A DNA stretch of 64,000 nucleotides from Nitrospirota bacterium (lineage in GTDB: Bacteria > Nitrospirota > UBA9217). The stretch lies in the NCBI GenBank assembly GCA_963737155.1, contig CAVTRN010000001.1, positions 256,001 through 320,000 of the forward strand. The letters are read 5' to 3'. Under the pieces are notes generated by a model, which did not search any database, was not told where the DNA came from, and saw only the letters and a list, made by a program, of their open reading frames with translations. This document shows, one piece after another, positions 21,594 to 32,050 of this stretch. The stretch's first letter is position 1. The number at the start of each line of letters is the position of its first letter. Made by a program: the position numbers and the translations under genes.

Positions 21594-22466
21594 ATGTTTA
21601 AAGGTTCTATGGTTGCAATAGTAACCCCGTTTAGAAACGGGAAGATCGATGAAAAAGGACTCGGCGATTTGATCGAGTTTCAAATCAAGAACGGCACGGA
21701 TGTACTGGTGCCCTGCGGCACTACTGGTGAGTCAGCAACCCTGTCTCACGAGGAGCATCATCAGGTTGTGGAATTCACGGTTAGGACGGTAAACAGGAGA
21801 GTGCCCGTGATCGCGGGCGCCGGTTCGAACTCGACGTCTGAGACGCTGGAGCTGACGAAATACGCGAAAAAGGCCGGCGCCGACGGCGTGCTGCTTATCA
21901 CACCCTATTACAACAAGCCCACGCAGGAAGGACTCTATCAACACTTTGAGACCGTGGCGGACTCCGCAGACATCCCGATAATCCTTTACAACGTCCCGGG
22001 AAGAACAAGCGTCAATATGCTTCCCGCGACAGTGGCCCGCCTTCGGAAAAAGAAGAACATCGTCGGCATCAAGGAAGCTTCAGGCGACATGAAGCAGGTA
22101 AGTGAAATCATCCGGCTGTGCGGACGGGACTTTGACGTGATTTCCGGCGACGATTTTACGACACTGCCGCTTCTCTGCCTGGGAGGCGTCGGCGCCATCT
22201 CGGTGACGGCCAATATCGCCCCTGCCGACTGCGCCGCCCTGTTTGACGCCTTCTTTACTGGAAAGCGGGATGAAGCCCTCAAACTTCACTATAAGCTTGA
22301 GCCTCTTCATGGCCCGATGTTCATCGAGACCAATCCGATCCCGGTCAAGACTGCACTCGCACTCATGGGCAAAATTGCAGAAGAGTTCCGGCTCCCGCTC
22401 TGTCCCATGGCGGATGCAAACAAGGAAAAGCTGAAGAATGCATTAAGGGATTACGGATTGATCTGA
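21594..22466 (+). CDS. dapA: 4-hydroxy-tetrahydrodipicolinate synthase
   Basis: GTTGES, PYYNKP, YNVPGRT, GIKEASG, ETNPIPVK; AAGGGAGG RBS. Confidence 0.97.
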   Translation: MFKGSMVAIVTPFRNGKIDEKGLGDLIEFQIKNGTDVLVPCGTTGESATLSHEEHHQVVEFTVRTVNRRVPVIAGAGSNSTSETLELTKYAKKAGADGVLLITPYYNKPTQEGLYQHFETVADSADIPIILYNVPGRTSVNMLPATVARLRKKKNIVGIKEASGDMKQVSEIIRLCGRDFDVISGDDFTTLPLLCLGGVGAISVTANIAPADCAALFDAFFTGKRDEALKLHYKLEPLHGPMFIETNPIPVKTALALMGKIAEEFRLPLCPMADANKEKLKNALRDYGLI

Positions 22467-22578
22467 CCGATCGACAGCGCCCGTGGCCGCGGAAGAACAC
22501 GGTAAAATCTGGGTTACGCGCTTTCGGACATTAATCAACGTCCGTCCGTATCACTCCATGGTAAAAAGGAGTTTTTTC

Positions 22579-23382
22579 ATGATCAAGGCTATCGTGACCG
22601 GCGCAGCCGGCCGAATGGGATCGCGCATCATCAACATTCTCTCCTCGTCAGAGGGCATCGCTCTTGGTGGGGCGCTGGAGAAAAAAGGACACCCTCTGAC
22701 TGGCCAGGACGCCGGCGGGCCTGCGGGAATCGCCGCAACCGGCGTCAGGATTGTCGATGATCTTTTCACCGCCCTCGAGTTCGGCGAGGTGCTCATTGAT
22801 TTTACATTTCCCGAGGTGAGCCTGCAGCACATCCGTTCCTGCAGCGCCCGGGGTAAGGCCATGGTCATCGGTTCGACTGGCTTTTCCAAGGAACAACTCG
22901 GAGAAATCGGGGAATTAGTGCAGAATACCCCCTGCGTGCTCTCTCCGAACATGAGCGTCGGTGTGAACGTCTGCTTTAAAATTCTTGCCGATCTTGCGAA
23001 GACACTGGGGCCGGATTTCGACGTGGAAATAGTTGAAGCCCATCACCGGCTGAAGAAAGACGCACCGTCCGGTACCGCTGTGCACATGGGTGAGGTTGTG
23101 GCCAGGGCCCTCGGCCGCGACTATCGTCAAGTGGCTAATTTTCATCGTGAGGGTATCACCGGCGAGCGATCGAAGGAGGAGATCGGGATGCAGACGATCC
23201 GCGGCGGCGACATTGTCGGCGAGCATACGGCATATTTCATCGGAATGGGAGAGCGGATAGAGCTGACGCACCGCGCCCATACCCGGGACATGTTCGCTCG
23301 CGGAGCCGTACGAGCGGCGAAATGGGTCGTGGGCAAAAAGCCCGGATTATACGATATGCAGGATGTACTGGGCTTGAAATAG
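22579..23382 (+). CDS. dapB: 4-hydroxy-tetrahydrodipicolinate reductase
   Basis: GAAGRMG, EAHHRLKKDAPSGTA, RGGDIVGEH. Confidence 0.97.
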   Translation: MIKAIVTGAAGRMGSRIINILSSSEGIALGGALEKKGHPLTGQDAGGPAGIAATGVRIVDDLFTALEFGEVLIDFTFPEVSLQHIRSCSARGKAMVIGSTGFSKEQLGEIGELVQNTPCVLSPNMSVGVNVCFKILADLAKTLGPDFDVEIVEAHHRLKKDAPSGTAVHMGEVVARALGRDYRQVANFHREGITGERSKEEIGMQTIRGGDIVGEHTAYFIGMGERIELTHRAHTRDMFARGAVRAAKWVVGKKPGLYDMQDVLGLK

Positions 23383-23433
23383 CGTTTTTTAGTTCAAAGA
23401 AGCAATCATCTAATATCTGGAAGGGAGTTCTCA

Positions 23434-24210
23434 ATGAAAAGACTTCAGGTTCTTGCAATTGTTCCCGCTGTGTTACTCATGTTTTTTTTCGCGTCCGCAT
23501 CGCAGGCTGCGGACAAAAGCGATAACAACGTCGCCGAATGCCCCCAGCTTGATAATAAAGAGGCTGACGTCATCATCAAAAAAATCATCCCCGACGCAAA
23601 CACTGTGGATGTCAAACAGTCGCCAATCAAGGGTGTATGGCAGATCGATGTTGAAAAAGGCGGGCAAAGGGGGGCGATATATCTCGACTGCTCGAGAAAA
23701 TACCTTATCCAGCTTATATCGCTCGAGGACTATCTCAAGCGGATGCAGGCTCAGCAGCCCCCGGCGAAAGTTGATGTTTCGAAGATTCCCCTCGGCGATT
23801 CTATTACCTTGGGCTCAAAGACCGCCGCGAAAAAAGTGATTGTGTTCAGCGATCCGGACTGCCCTTATTGCAGGAAGCTGCATGAAATCATAAAGCAGGT
23901 CATCGCCCAGAGGCCCGATATCGCATTTGTCGAAATTCTGCATCCCCTGCCGATGCACAAGGATTCTCCCAAAAAAGTCCAGGCAATCCTGTGCTCGAAA
24001 TCGGTGAAGATGCTCGATGAAGCTTTTTCGGGGAAGCCGGTGCCGGAGCCGCCCGCAAACTGCACTGCCGCTGCGATGGAACGGAACATAGCCCTGGCCC
24101 ACTCGTTAAATTTCAACGGCACGCCGACGTTGGTGCGCGACGACGGGACTGTGCTTTCTGGCTTTCTTCCGGAAGACAAACTTCTCGAATGGATCGATAA
24201 GAAGCAGTAA
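23434..24210 (+). CDS. dsbC: DsbC/DsbG-family disulfide isomerase
   Basis: Signal peptide, N-terminal dimerisation region (SPIKGVWQI), FSDPDCPYC, cis-Pro GTP. Confidence 0.85.
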   Translation: MKRLQVLAIVPAVLLMFFFASASQAADKSDNNVAECPQLDNKEADVIIKKIIPDANTVDVKQSPIKGVWQIDVEKGGQRGAIYLDCSRKYLIQLISLEDYLKRMQAQQPPAKVDVSKIPLGDSITLGSKTAAKKVIVFSDPDCPYCRKLHEIIKQVIAQRPDIAFVEILHPLPMHKDSPKKVQAILCSKSVKMLDEAFSGKPVPEPPANCTAAAMERNIALAHSLNFNGTPTLVRDDGTVLSGFLPEDKLLEWIDKKQ

Positions 24211-24224
24211 ACCCGGAGGTCCCG

Positions 24225-24977
24225 GTGAGATTGGTGCGGTTTGAGGTCGAAGGAAGAGCGGCATCCGGGATTCTGGCCGGTGAGGAAATCGCGGAAGTGG
24301 ACGGCGATTTTTACCGCGCCCTAAAAACCACCGGAAGATTTCATGTTTCACAAGTAAAACTTCTGGCACCGTGCATGCCAGGTAAAATTGTTGCGGTCGG
24401 ACTGAACTACCGCGACCACGCTGCAGAGATGAGGCTCGCCGTCCCCGGCGAGCCGGTCGTTTTTCTCAAGCCTCCTACATCAGTAATCGGTCCCGGCGGG
24501 ACCATTGTCTATCCCGCGATGAGCGAACAGGTGGACTACGAGGCCGAGCTCGGGGTGGTCATCAAGGACCGGATTCACAGCATCAACCCTGATCAGGCAA
24601 AAGACCATATCCTGGGTTATACCTGCGCCAACGACGTAACGGCCCGCGATCTGCAGAGAAAGGACGGTCAGTGGACCCGCGCTAAGTCTTTTGATACGTT
24701 CTGCCCAATCGGGCCCTGGATAGAGAGCGAGCTTGATGCAAGGGACCTGCTCATCGAATCGTATCTGAACGGAGAGCGGCGTCAGTCGTCGCGGACATCG
24801 CAGCTCATTTTCCCGGTGAGCTATCTCATAAGCTTCATTTCGAAGATCATGACCCTCGCTCCCGGCGACCTCATAATAACCGGGACACCTGCAGGCATCG
24901 GTTCGATGAATCCCGGTGACGAAATCGAAGTGCGGATAGAAGGGCTCGGCAGTTTAAAAAATACGGTTGCAGGATGA
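24225..24977 (+). CDS. Fumarylacetoacetate hydrolase family protein
   Basis: GLNYRDH, DYEAEL, NDVTARD, KSFDTFCPIGP, TGTP. Confidence 0.92.
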   Translation: MRLVRFEVEGRAASGILAGEEIAEVDGDFYRALKTTGRFHVSQVKLLAPCMPGKIVAVGLNYRDHAAEMRLAVPGEPVVFLKPPTSVIGPGGTIVYPAMSEQVDYEAELGVVIKDRIHSINPDQAKDHILGYTCANDVTARDLQRKDGQWTRAKSFDTFCPIGPWIESELDARDLLIESYLNGERRQSSRTSQLIFPVSYLISFISKIMTLAPGDLIITGTPAGIGSMNPGDEIEVRIEGLGSLKNTVAG

Positions 24978-25098
24978 CCTTTTGAAACACAGACAGACGA
25001 GGAGACCGTGGCTTGAGGGCAGCAACGAATCTGTGTTCATGTGCAGGCTTAAGCGTCCGGAAATTATAGACCATCCAGGACAGGAGGACTGACAGGCC

Positions 25099-26343
25099 GT
25101 GCGGACATCGAATGAAAACTTTATCCAATCTCTTTTTGCTGAGCGTATCGGGGGAAACATGTTCGGCAAAGAGCAGAAAATCTATAAATTCGAGAAAATC
25201 AAACGCGCCAAGCGAGCCGCATTAGCGGCAAACCCGGGCGCCGAACTCATCGACTTTGGCGTAGGCGAACCTGATGAGATGGCCTTTCCCGGCGTTGTCC
25301 AATCTCTTCAGAAAGAGGTGGAAAAACCCGAGAACCGCGGCTATGCCGACAACGGCATCCCGGAATTCAAGGAGGCCGCCGCCCGCTATATGCAGACAGT
25401 CTACGGCGTAAACAATCTCAATCCTGAAACAGAATTGCTGCACGGCATCGGGAGCAAACCGGTCCTCGCCATGTTCCCGGCAGTTTTCATCAATCCCGGA
25501 GATGTCACGCTCATGACCGTCCCGGGTTATCCGGTGATGGGGACACATACGCGCTGGTGCGGTGGCGAAGTGATCAATCTGCCCCTTTTGGAAGAGAATA
25601 ACTTTCTACCGGACCTCCATGCTGTTCCTGCCAGTGTCCGGAAGCGCGCAAAGCTCATCTATATCAATTATCCGAACAATCCGACCGGCGCGGGAGCAAC
25701 AGCTGAGTTCTTCGCCACGGTGGTGAGATTCGCGAAGGAGAACAATATCGTCGTGGTGCACGACGCTGCCTATGCGGCGCTCACCTATGGTTCCAAGCCT
25801 CTTTCCTTCCTTTCCGTTGCGGGAGCAAAGGACGTGGGCGTGGAGATTCATTCGCTTTCCAAGGCGTATAATATGACGGGCTGGCGTCTTGCATTCGTTG
25901 CGGGTAACGAGCGGGTCATTGCTGGCTACGGAAACGTCAAGGACAACTATGATTCTGGTCAGTTCAAGGCAATCCAGAAAGCGGGTGTATACGCCCTCAA
26001 CCATCCCGAGATCACCGCAGAGATTACGGCCAAGTACGGGCGCAGACTCAGGGCCATGGCAGACGCTCTTGCGGAACTGGGATTCAACGCAAAAGCACCG
26101 GCTGGAACGTTTTATCTTTATGTGAAAATTCCTGCCGGCATCAAGGGGGGAAAACGCTTCGCAACCGCTGAGGAATTCTCGGAGTTTCTTATCACTGAAA
26201 AACTCATCAGCACCGTCCCTTGGGATGATGCGGGATCTTATATCCGGTTTTCGGCGACATTCGAATCAAAAGGAAGAGCGGACGAGCAGCGGGTTCTCGA
26301 TGAATTTAAAAAGAGGATGGCTGGCCTTCAGTTCGAGTTTTAG
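25099..26343 (+). CDS. dapL: LL-diaminopimelate aminotransferase
   Basis: Class I PLP aminotransferase (NYPNNPTG, DAAY, SLSKAYNMTGWR); FAERIGG..FGK..YKFEKIKRAK N-terminus; completes the dap/lys operon. Confidence 0.85.
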   Translation: MRTSNENFIQSLFAERIGGNMFGKEQKIYKFEKIKRAKRAALAANPGAELIDFGVGEPDEMAFPGVVQSLQKEVEKPENRGYADNGIPEFKEAAARYMQTVYGVNNLNPETELLHGIGSKPVLAMFPAVFINPGDVTLMTVPGYPVMGTHTRWCGGEVINLPLLEENNFLPDLHAVPASVRKRAKLIYINYPNNPTGAGATAEFFATVVRFAKENNIVVVHDAAYAALTYGSKPLSFLSVAGAKDVGVEIHSLSKAYNMTGWRLAFVAGNERVIAGYGNVKDNYDSGQFKAIQKAGVYALNHPEITAEITAKYGRRLRAMADALAELGFNAKAPAGTFYLYVKIPAGIKGGKRFATAEEFSEFLITEKLISTVPWDDAGSYIRFSATFESKGRADEQRVLDEFKKRMAGLQFEF

Positions 26344-26418
26344 GCATCCATAGCCGGTAGCAGACGAACGCTGAAAGACCGCTCCATCATCGGGGTCAAT
26401 TCGCGCCTGAAAGTATTT

Positions 26419-26904
26419 ATGTCAATTATCGCATATATCGCCCTCGGCTCAAACTTGGGAGACAAAATGACAGTCTGCCGGCAGGCAATCGGCCTCCTGA
26501 ATAAAAGCGGCCGGGTAAAACGTGTTTCCTCCTTTTACTGCACGGAACCAGTCGGGTATCCGAACCAGGAAGACTTTGTGAACGCCGTAGTCGAGATGGA
26601 AACCAATCTATCTCCGCTGGCATTGCTGGCGGCGTGTCATGTGGTGGAAGATGCCCTGGGCCGGAACAGGCTGATCCACTGGGGTCCCCGCACCATCGAT
26701 CTCGACATTTTATTGTACGGCAAAAAAGTTATTGATACCGCCGAACTATCCATCCCTCACCCCCTGATGTCGACGCGTGGATTCGTGCTGGTGCCGCTCT
26801 GCGAGATTGCATCTCAAGCAGTGCATCCGGTATTGCTGAAATCCATTGGTCAGTTACTGCGCGAACTCCAGGATCCTCACCGGGTCAGGAAATGCGATTC
26901 ATAA
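26419..26904 (+). CDS. folK: Hydroxymethyldihydropteridine pyrophosphokinase
   Basis: ALGSNLG, WGPRTIDLDIL, IPHP..RGFVLVPL. Confidence 0.96.
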   Translation: MSIIAYIALGSNLGDKMTVCRQAIGLLNKSGRVKRVSSFYCTEPVGYPNQEDFVNAVVEMETNLSPLALLAACHVVEDALGRNRLIHWGPRTIDLDILLYGKKVIDTAELSIPHPLMSTRGFVLVPLCEIASQAVHPVLLKSIGQLLRELQDPHRVRKCDS

Positions 26905-26914
26905 GGCACGCCCT

Positions 26915-27580
26915 ATGAACAGACAAACAGACTCCGTTCTCCATACGAAGTATCTCGTAACCGAAGGTCCTATAGGCGTGGGTAAAACGAGCCTGACTTC
27001 CCTCCTTGCCGACGAGCTTGGCGCCCGGCTGATCCTCGAGCGGGCAGAAGAGAACCCGTTCCTGTCAGATTTTTATAAGAATGCCGAGCGGTACCGGTTC
27101 CAGACGCAGATGTTCTTTCTCCTCAGCCGGTTCAGCCAGCAGATGGAAGTGTTTCAACCCGACCTCTTTACGCGAATAACGATCAGTGATTATCTGTTCG
27201 ACAAGGACCGCATTTTTGCCTATCTCACGCTCGACGAGCACGAGCTTCCCATTTACGAGCAGGTATACAAAATCCTAGAGCCTAAAATTCTAAAACCCGA
27301 TCTCGTGATTTTTCTTCAGGCTGACACCGATACGCTGCTGCGCCGCATCAAGCAGCGCGGAAGGTCTTTTGAAAAGGAAATCAACCACGATTACATTGCG
27401 GCCGTGAATGAGGCATACAACAGCTTCTTCTTTCGCTACAGCGACACACCGCTCCTCGTCATCAACACTTCGGACATCGATTTTGTCCATCACAGAGAAG
27501 ACCTCGACGATCTGCTCAAGCAGATTCTAAGCATGAAGCAGGGCACGCAGTACTACGTTCCGGCTTCTCGGAAACGATAG
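26915..27580 (+). CDS. Deoxynucleoside kinase
   Basis: EGPIGVGKT P-loop, NPFL.DFY, RGRSFE; usual folK neighbour. Confidence 0.92.
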   Translation: MNRQTDSVLHTKYLVTEGPIGVGKTSLTSLLADELGARLILERAEENPFLSDFYKNAERYRFQTQMFFLLSRFSQQMEVFQPDLFTRITISDYLFDKDRIFAYLTLDEHELPIYEQVYKILEPKILKPDLVIFLQADTDTLLRRIKQRGRSFEKEINHDYIAAVNEAYNSFFFRYSDTPLLVINTSDIDFVHHREDLDDLLKQILSMKQGTQYYVPASRKR

Positions 27581-27776
27581 CTGAGCACGCTGCATCTCTC
27601 CGTCGAAATTTTTCACCTCAAACAATTTCATTGAGTCATGTGAACATCATGATGCTGTCCTCCCTCACTGATTTCCTTTGCTGCTCATATAAATGTCACG
27701 GCTTATGCCGCGATTTGCCGTAAAAACGGTTTTACCATTGCGGTTTTTCCGGGAATTGTGTAAGATTCATCCAGCC

Positions 27777-28712
27777 ATGGCGTTTTATATTTTTAAAAGA
27801 CTCCTCCTGTTCATCCCGACACTCCTCGGCATTACCCTCATTACTTTCTTCCTGATGCATTCCCTGCCCGGCGACCCGGCAACAAGTATGCTCGGGGAAC
27901 GGGCTTCGCCGGAAACTGTCGCACGCATTCGCGCCGAACTGGGTCATGATAAACCCTTGGCTCGCCAATATTTCGGATATCTGAAGCTTATAGCAGCCGG
28001 CGAACTCGGACGATCATTGCACACCCAGCGAAAAGTCGCCGATGATCTATTGCAAAAATTTCCGAACACCCTCAAGCTCGCCCTGGCAGCCATGCTCTTT
28101 GCATCGTTTTTCGGCATTGCCATAGGCATCTTTTCAGCAACCCATCGCGGTTCTGCGTGGGACCGGATTTTAACGCTCCTCTGTGTGGGCGGCATTTCCA
28201 TCCCCGTTTTCTGGCTGGGGCTGGCTCTCATGCTCGTCTTCGCTTTTTATTTTCGGTGGTTTCCACCAGCCGGTATGGGCAACGGCAATCTGAACTATAT
28301 CGTACTGCCCGCGATCACACTCGGCACCTTTTCCCTGGCCTACATAGCACGCGTGACCCGCTCGTCCATGCTTGAGTCGCTGTCCCAACCCTACATCGCA
28401 GCGGCCCGGGCCAAGGGGTTACCGGAAGGCGTTGTCGTGTTAAAACACGCGCTGAAGAATTCCATGATCCCCGTTGTCACTCTCATCGGCCTTGACCTCG
28501 GATCCTATTTAAACGGTGCAGTGCTCACAGAAACCATATTCGGATGGGACGGGCTCGGGCGTTATGCGCTCGACGGAATCACCAAGCGGGATTACCCGGT
28601 GATCATGGGCGTTGTGCTCTTCAGTGCGGTCCTGTTCGTAACTCTGAACCTGCTTGTAGACATCTCATATACGTTCCTTGATCCGCGGGTTCGCGTGAAG
28701 GAGGAACAGTAG
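27777..28712 (+). CDS. Peptide/nickel ABC transporter permease (DppB/OppB-like)
   Basis: LPGDPA, ARAKGL..HALKN, ETIF.WDGLG, RDYPVI, LDPR. Confidence 0.92.
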   Translation: MAFYIFKRLLLFIPTLLGITLITFFLMHSLPGDPATSMLGERASPETVARIRAELGHDKPLARQYFGYLKLIAAGELGRSLHTQRKVADDLLQKFPNTLKLALAAMLFASFFGIAIGIFSATHRGSAWDRILTLLCVGGISIPVFWLGLALMLVFAFYFRWFPPAGMGNGNLNYIVLPAITLGTFSLAYIARVTRSSMLESLSQPYIAAARAKGLPEGVVVLKHALKNSMIPVVTLIGLDLGSYLNGAVLTETIFGWDGLGRYALDGITKRDYPVIMGVVLFSAVLFVTLNLLVDISYTFLDPRVRVKEEQ

Positions 28713-28732
28713 GAACACGGCACTGACAAGTT

Positions 28733-29578
28733 ATGGTGAATACTCTATCTCTCAAAGACCTGATTGGCAATAAACCGGCATTGACCGCGGCGATTCTGCT
28801 CCTTATTCTAACATTCACCGCGCTCGTCGGGCCGGCCCTTATCAAGTACGCAAAACTGGACCCTCTTGCCATGGACCTGGACAGTCTCAAGCAGCCTCCT
28901 AGCTGGCATCACCTCCTCGGCACGGACAGCACGGGTAGAGATATTCTGGCCCGGCTCGTGTACGGCGCCCGCATATCACTCTCCGTCGGCGTGCTGGCTT
29001 CCATTCTTTCGCTCGTCATTGGAATCTTTTTCGGACTCATCGCTGGTTATTTTGGCGGCAGGGTAGACACCGTCCTGTCGCAGCTTTTCGACATCTTCCT
29101 GGCCTTTCCGAGTCTTTTGCTCGCTATCGGCATCAGCGCGGTAATGTCTCCGGGGCTCACTTCCGCCATGCTCGCGATTACGCTGGTGGGATGGGCCGGT
29201 TTCGCGCGGCTTGTCCGGGGCGTTACCCTCTCGCTCAAGAAGCAAACTTACGTGGAAGCGTCCCGGGCAATGGGCGCATCCCCGGCAAGAATCTTGTACA
29301 AGCACATCCTGCCGAACACACTTCCCCTTCTGCTCGTGGCAGGCAGCTTGCGGGTGGGCGGGTTCATTCTCCTTGAAGCCGCGCTTTCATTCCTCGGACT
29401 CGGCATCCAGCCTCCTACCCCCACGTGGGGGTCGATGATCAGTCTGAGCCGCGCGTACGTCACCTCGTCGCCGTGGATGGTAATCTTTCCCGGCCTTGCC
29501 ATCAGCATCACCGTGATTAGCTTTAACATTCTCGGCGACTACCTGCGGGACAGGCTTGACCCGAGAATGCAGATTTAA
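28733..29578 (+). CDS. Peptide/nickel ABC transporter permease (DppC/OppC-like)
   Basis: HLLGTD.TGRD, EAS..GA..HILPN, LSFLGLG..PP.P.WG, GD.LRD.LDP. Confidence 0.92.
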   Translation: MVNTLSLKDLIGNKPALTAAILLLILTFTALVGPALIKYAKLDPLAMDLDSLKQPPSWHHLLGTDSTGRDILARLVYGARISLSVGVLASILSLVIGIFFGLIAGYFGGRVDTVLSQLFDIFLAFPSLLLAIGISAVMSPGLTSAMLAITLVGWAGFARLVRGVTLSLKKQTYVEASRAMGASPARILYKHILPNTLPLLLVAGSLRVGGFILLEAALSFLGLGIQPPTPTWGSMISLSRAYVTSSPWMVIFPGLAISITVISFNILGDYLRDRLDPRMQI

Positions 29579-29623
29579 AGACAAACATTTTTTTCGCAAG
29601 CGAGCGGCAGCACGGATATTACC

Positions 29624-32050
29624 ATGAAACTCGTCACTATCGCGATCCGCGATTTCGCGCTGCCGGTTCCCAAGACCGGCAGCATTGAGGCTCATTCGGG
29701 CTACGGCCGCGCGGCCATAGAGGGCCGTGAAATTCATACCCGCGTTCAGCGCCATCGAGCAAAGTCCGATCCTTCCTACGAATCGGAAGTTCCGATCAAC
29801 GGCTCTTTCGACAGAGAGGGGTACCGCTTCCTGATCGAGGGGAGGATGGACGGGATTTTCCGGCACGAACTTCCGAGGATTGAGGAAATTAAATCGGGTT
29901 TTGATATCCGACAGCTTGCGGGCCGGCTTTCCGCTGACCCGATGGGCCACCCTTATTGCCTGCAGCTCCGGACCTATGGCTACTTATACTGGATCGAACA
30001 CAAGATTGTGCCCAAGCTGTCCTTTCATCTTGTATCATCCCGCAATGGAGCATCAAAGAATATCGAGCAAACACTCGATCTCGTGGTTTATGAGAATTGG
30101 CTGGAGGCGCGGCTTGGCGAGCTTGCTGAGGAAGCCAGAAAAGCCGAAAAGCGCGCCAGCCGCCGAAAAAAAATTGCATCTGCTTTTGCTTTCCCCTTTG
30201 AAAACCCCCGGCCGGGCCAGACCGAGCTCATCAATGCGATTGAACAGGGAATGAGCGAAAAAAGCAGGATGCTGTTTCAAGCCCCCACCGGGCTCGGGAA
30301 GACCGCAGGAGTCCTCTATCCCGTACTCAAGGAGGCATTAAGCCGCGGACAGACAGTCTTCTATGTTACGCCGAAAAACAGCCAACACTCTGTTGCTGAA
30401 GACGTTGTAAAGCGGTTCCACAAAACAGGCGCAAACGTCAAATCCCTCTCCATCACTGCAAAAGGCAAGATCTGCTTCAAGAACGAACCGCTCTGCAATC
30501 CAGAATACTGCGAATACAGCCGCGATTACTATGCCAAAGTACACAAGCATGGGATTCTGGACATGCTCGCGAAGAAGAGAAAGCTGACGGCGCGCATCTT
30601 TCGCGAGCTGGCTGAAATATATGAGGTCTGCCCTTTTGAGCTCCAACTCGACGGGGCGCGGGAAGCGGACACCGTGATCTGCGATTATAACTACGTTTTT
30701 GCTCCACGGTCGGCCTTGAGACGATTGCCAATGATCACTATCGACCAGTCGGGAAAACCCAACCTCCTGATCGATGAATTTCATAATCTTCCTTCTCGCG
30801 CCATGGACTACTATTCCCCTTCGGTCTCAAGTATCACCCTCGAATTGATGCGGGGCGAGATCGGCAAGATCGCTCCCCGGTTTCGAATCGAGGCCGAAGA
30901 GCTACTCGACGGCTGTATTCAGTCCATTAGTTTCTGCAAGCCTTATGCATGTTCCAAGCCGGTCCAGATCAATCCGCCGGCGGACACCTTTCTTGAGCAG
31001 GACTCAAAACTCCATGCGTTTCTTTCCCGTTACCTCGAATCGGACGCCGAGATCAAACCGCACGATGTTGTTCTCAGGCTGTCCTTTTACTGGTCCGAAT
31101 TCACCGAAGCACTTAAGTACACCGAAGATCCCGATGTCCGTGAATTTTTTGTTACGTTTCACCCCCATCCGACCGGCGGCATCGTAAAGATTACATGCTG
31201 CGACGCTTCCACCATGCTGAAGGATTGCTATGGCGAGTACGAGCACACTGTGGGCTTCTCGGCAACACTAAAACCCTTTGACTACTACGCGAGGCTGTCC
31301 GGACTAGATCTAGCTGCCGTGCGAACAGCCGAATTCCCGAGCCCTTTTCCCCGCGAGCAGCGCAAACTTCTGATTATCCCTCAGATTTCGACGAAATATA
31401 CGGATCGCGAATGCAATTACGCCAGGATTTCCGATGCTATCCAGAAAATAACCGCATTACAGCGGGGGAATTATTTTGCCTTCTTCCCGAGTTTCGCGTT
31501 CCTGGAAAGGATTCATGAAATATTCCGACCGCCTGTTGGATTTGTTGTTCTAAAGCAGGAACGGGAAATGAAGGTTTCCCGCGTTGAGGCTATACTGGCT
31601 CATCTCCATGGCCGGACATCCCCCACAATCCTTTTCGCGGTACAGGGGGGCATTTTTTCGGAGGGAATGGACTATCCGGGGGAGATTATAATAGGCGCGT
31701 TCGTAATCGGGCCTCCGCTTCCGAATTACGATCTTGAACGCGAACTGATGCGGCAGTATTACCAGCAGCGTTACAGCGCGGGCTTTGATTATGCTTATAC
31801 GTTTCCTGCAATGGCAAAAGCCGTTCAGGCAGCGGGAAGAGTCATTCGTTCCGAAACGGACCGCGGCCTTATCGTTTTGATGGATGGTCGTTTTATACAA
31901 CCGGGGTATGCTCGCTCCCTGCCCGCGGACTGGTTCGAATCGCGTATAAGCGAACTGCTTTCAAACAGTATTTTGAAAGATATATCAGAATTCTGGCAGC
32001 GCAGCCTGATTCAAAAAGAAGGAAGTGCATTTGATGGCGTAGTCGTGTAA
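29624..32050 (+). CDS. DinG/XPD(Rad3)-family Fe-S helicase with an N-terminal PD-(D/E)XK nuclease domain
   Basis: N-terminal G..IH, E, GRMDG, EEIKS, QL..Y; Q motif RPGQ; APTGLGKT; four Cys in the Fe-S region; DEFH; SATL; QAAGRVIRSETDRG. Confidence 0.88.
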   Translation: MKLVTIAIRDFALPVPKTGSIEAHSGYGRAAIEGREIHTRVQRHRAKSDPSYESEVPINGSFDREGYRFLIEGRMDGIFRHELPRIEEIKSGFDIRQLAGRLSADPMGHPYCLQLRTYGYLYWIEHKIVPKLSFHLVSSRNGASKNIEQTLDLVVYENWLEARLGELAEEARKAEKRASRRKKIASAFAFPFENPRPGQTELINAIEQGMSEKSRMLFQAPTGLGKTAGVLYPVLKEALSRGQTVFYVTPKNSQHSVAEDVVKRFHKTGANVKSLSITAKGKICFKNEPLCNPEYCEYSRDYYAKVHKHGILDMLAKKRKLTARIFRELAEIYEVCPFELQLDGAREADTVICDYNYVFAPRSALRRLPMITIDQSGKPNLLIDEFHNLPSRAMDYYSPSVSSITLELMRGEIGKIAPRFRIEAEELLDGCIQSISFCKPYACSKPVQINPPADTFLEQDSKLHAFLSRYLESDAEIKPHDVVLRLSFYWSEFTEALKYTEDPDVREFFVTFHPHPTGGIVKITCCDASTMLKDCYGEYEHTVGFSATLKPFDYYARLSGLDLAAVRTAEFPSPFPREQRKLLIIPQISTKYTDRECNYARISDAIQKITALQRGNYFAFFPSFAFLERIHEIFRPPVGFVVLKQEREMKVSRVEAILAHLHGRTSPTILFAVQGGIFSEGMDYPGEIIIGAFVIGPPLPNYDLERELMRQYYQQRYSAGFDYAYTFPAMAKAVQAAGRVIRSETDRGLIVLMDGRFIQPGYARSLPADWFESRISELLSNSILKDISEFWQRSLIQKEGSAFDGVVV

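Noticed and set aside
29624-30100. Cas4-like domain as part of a CRISPR-Cas (type IV DinG) locus
   Set aside because: No repeat-spacer array or other cas genes were seen in the window.
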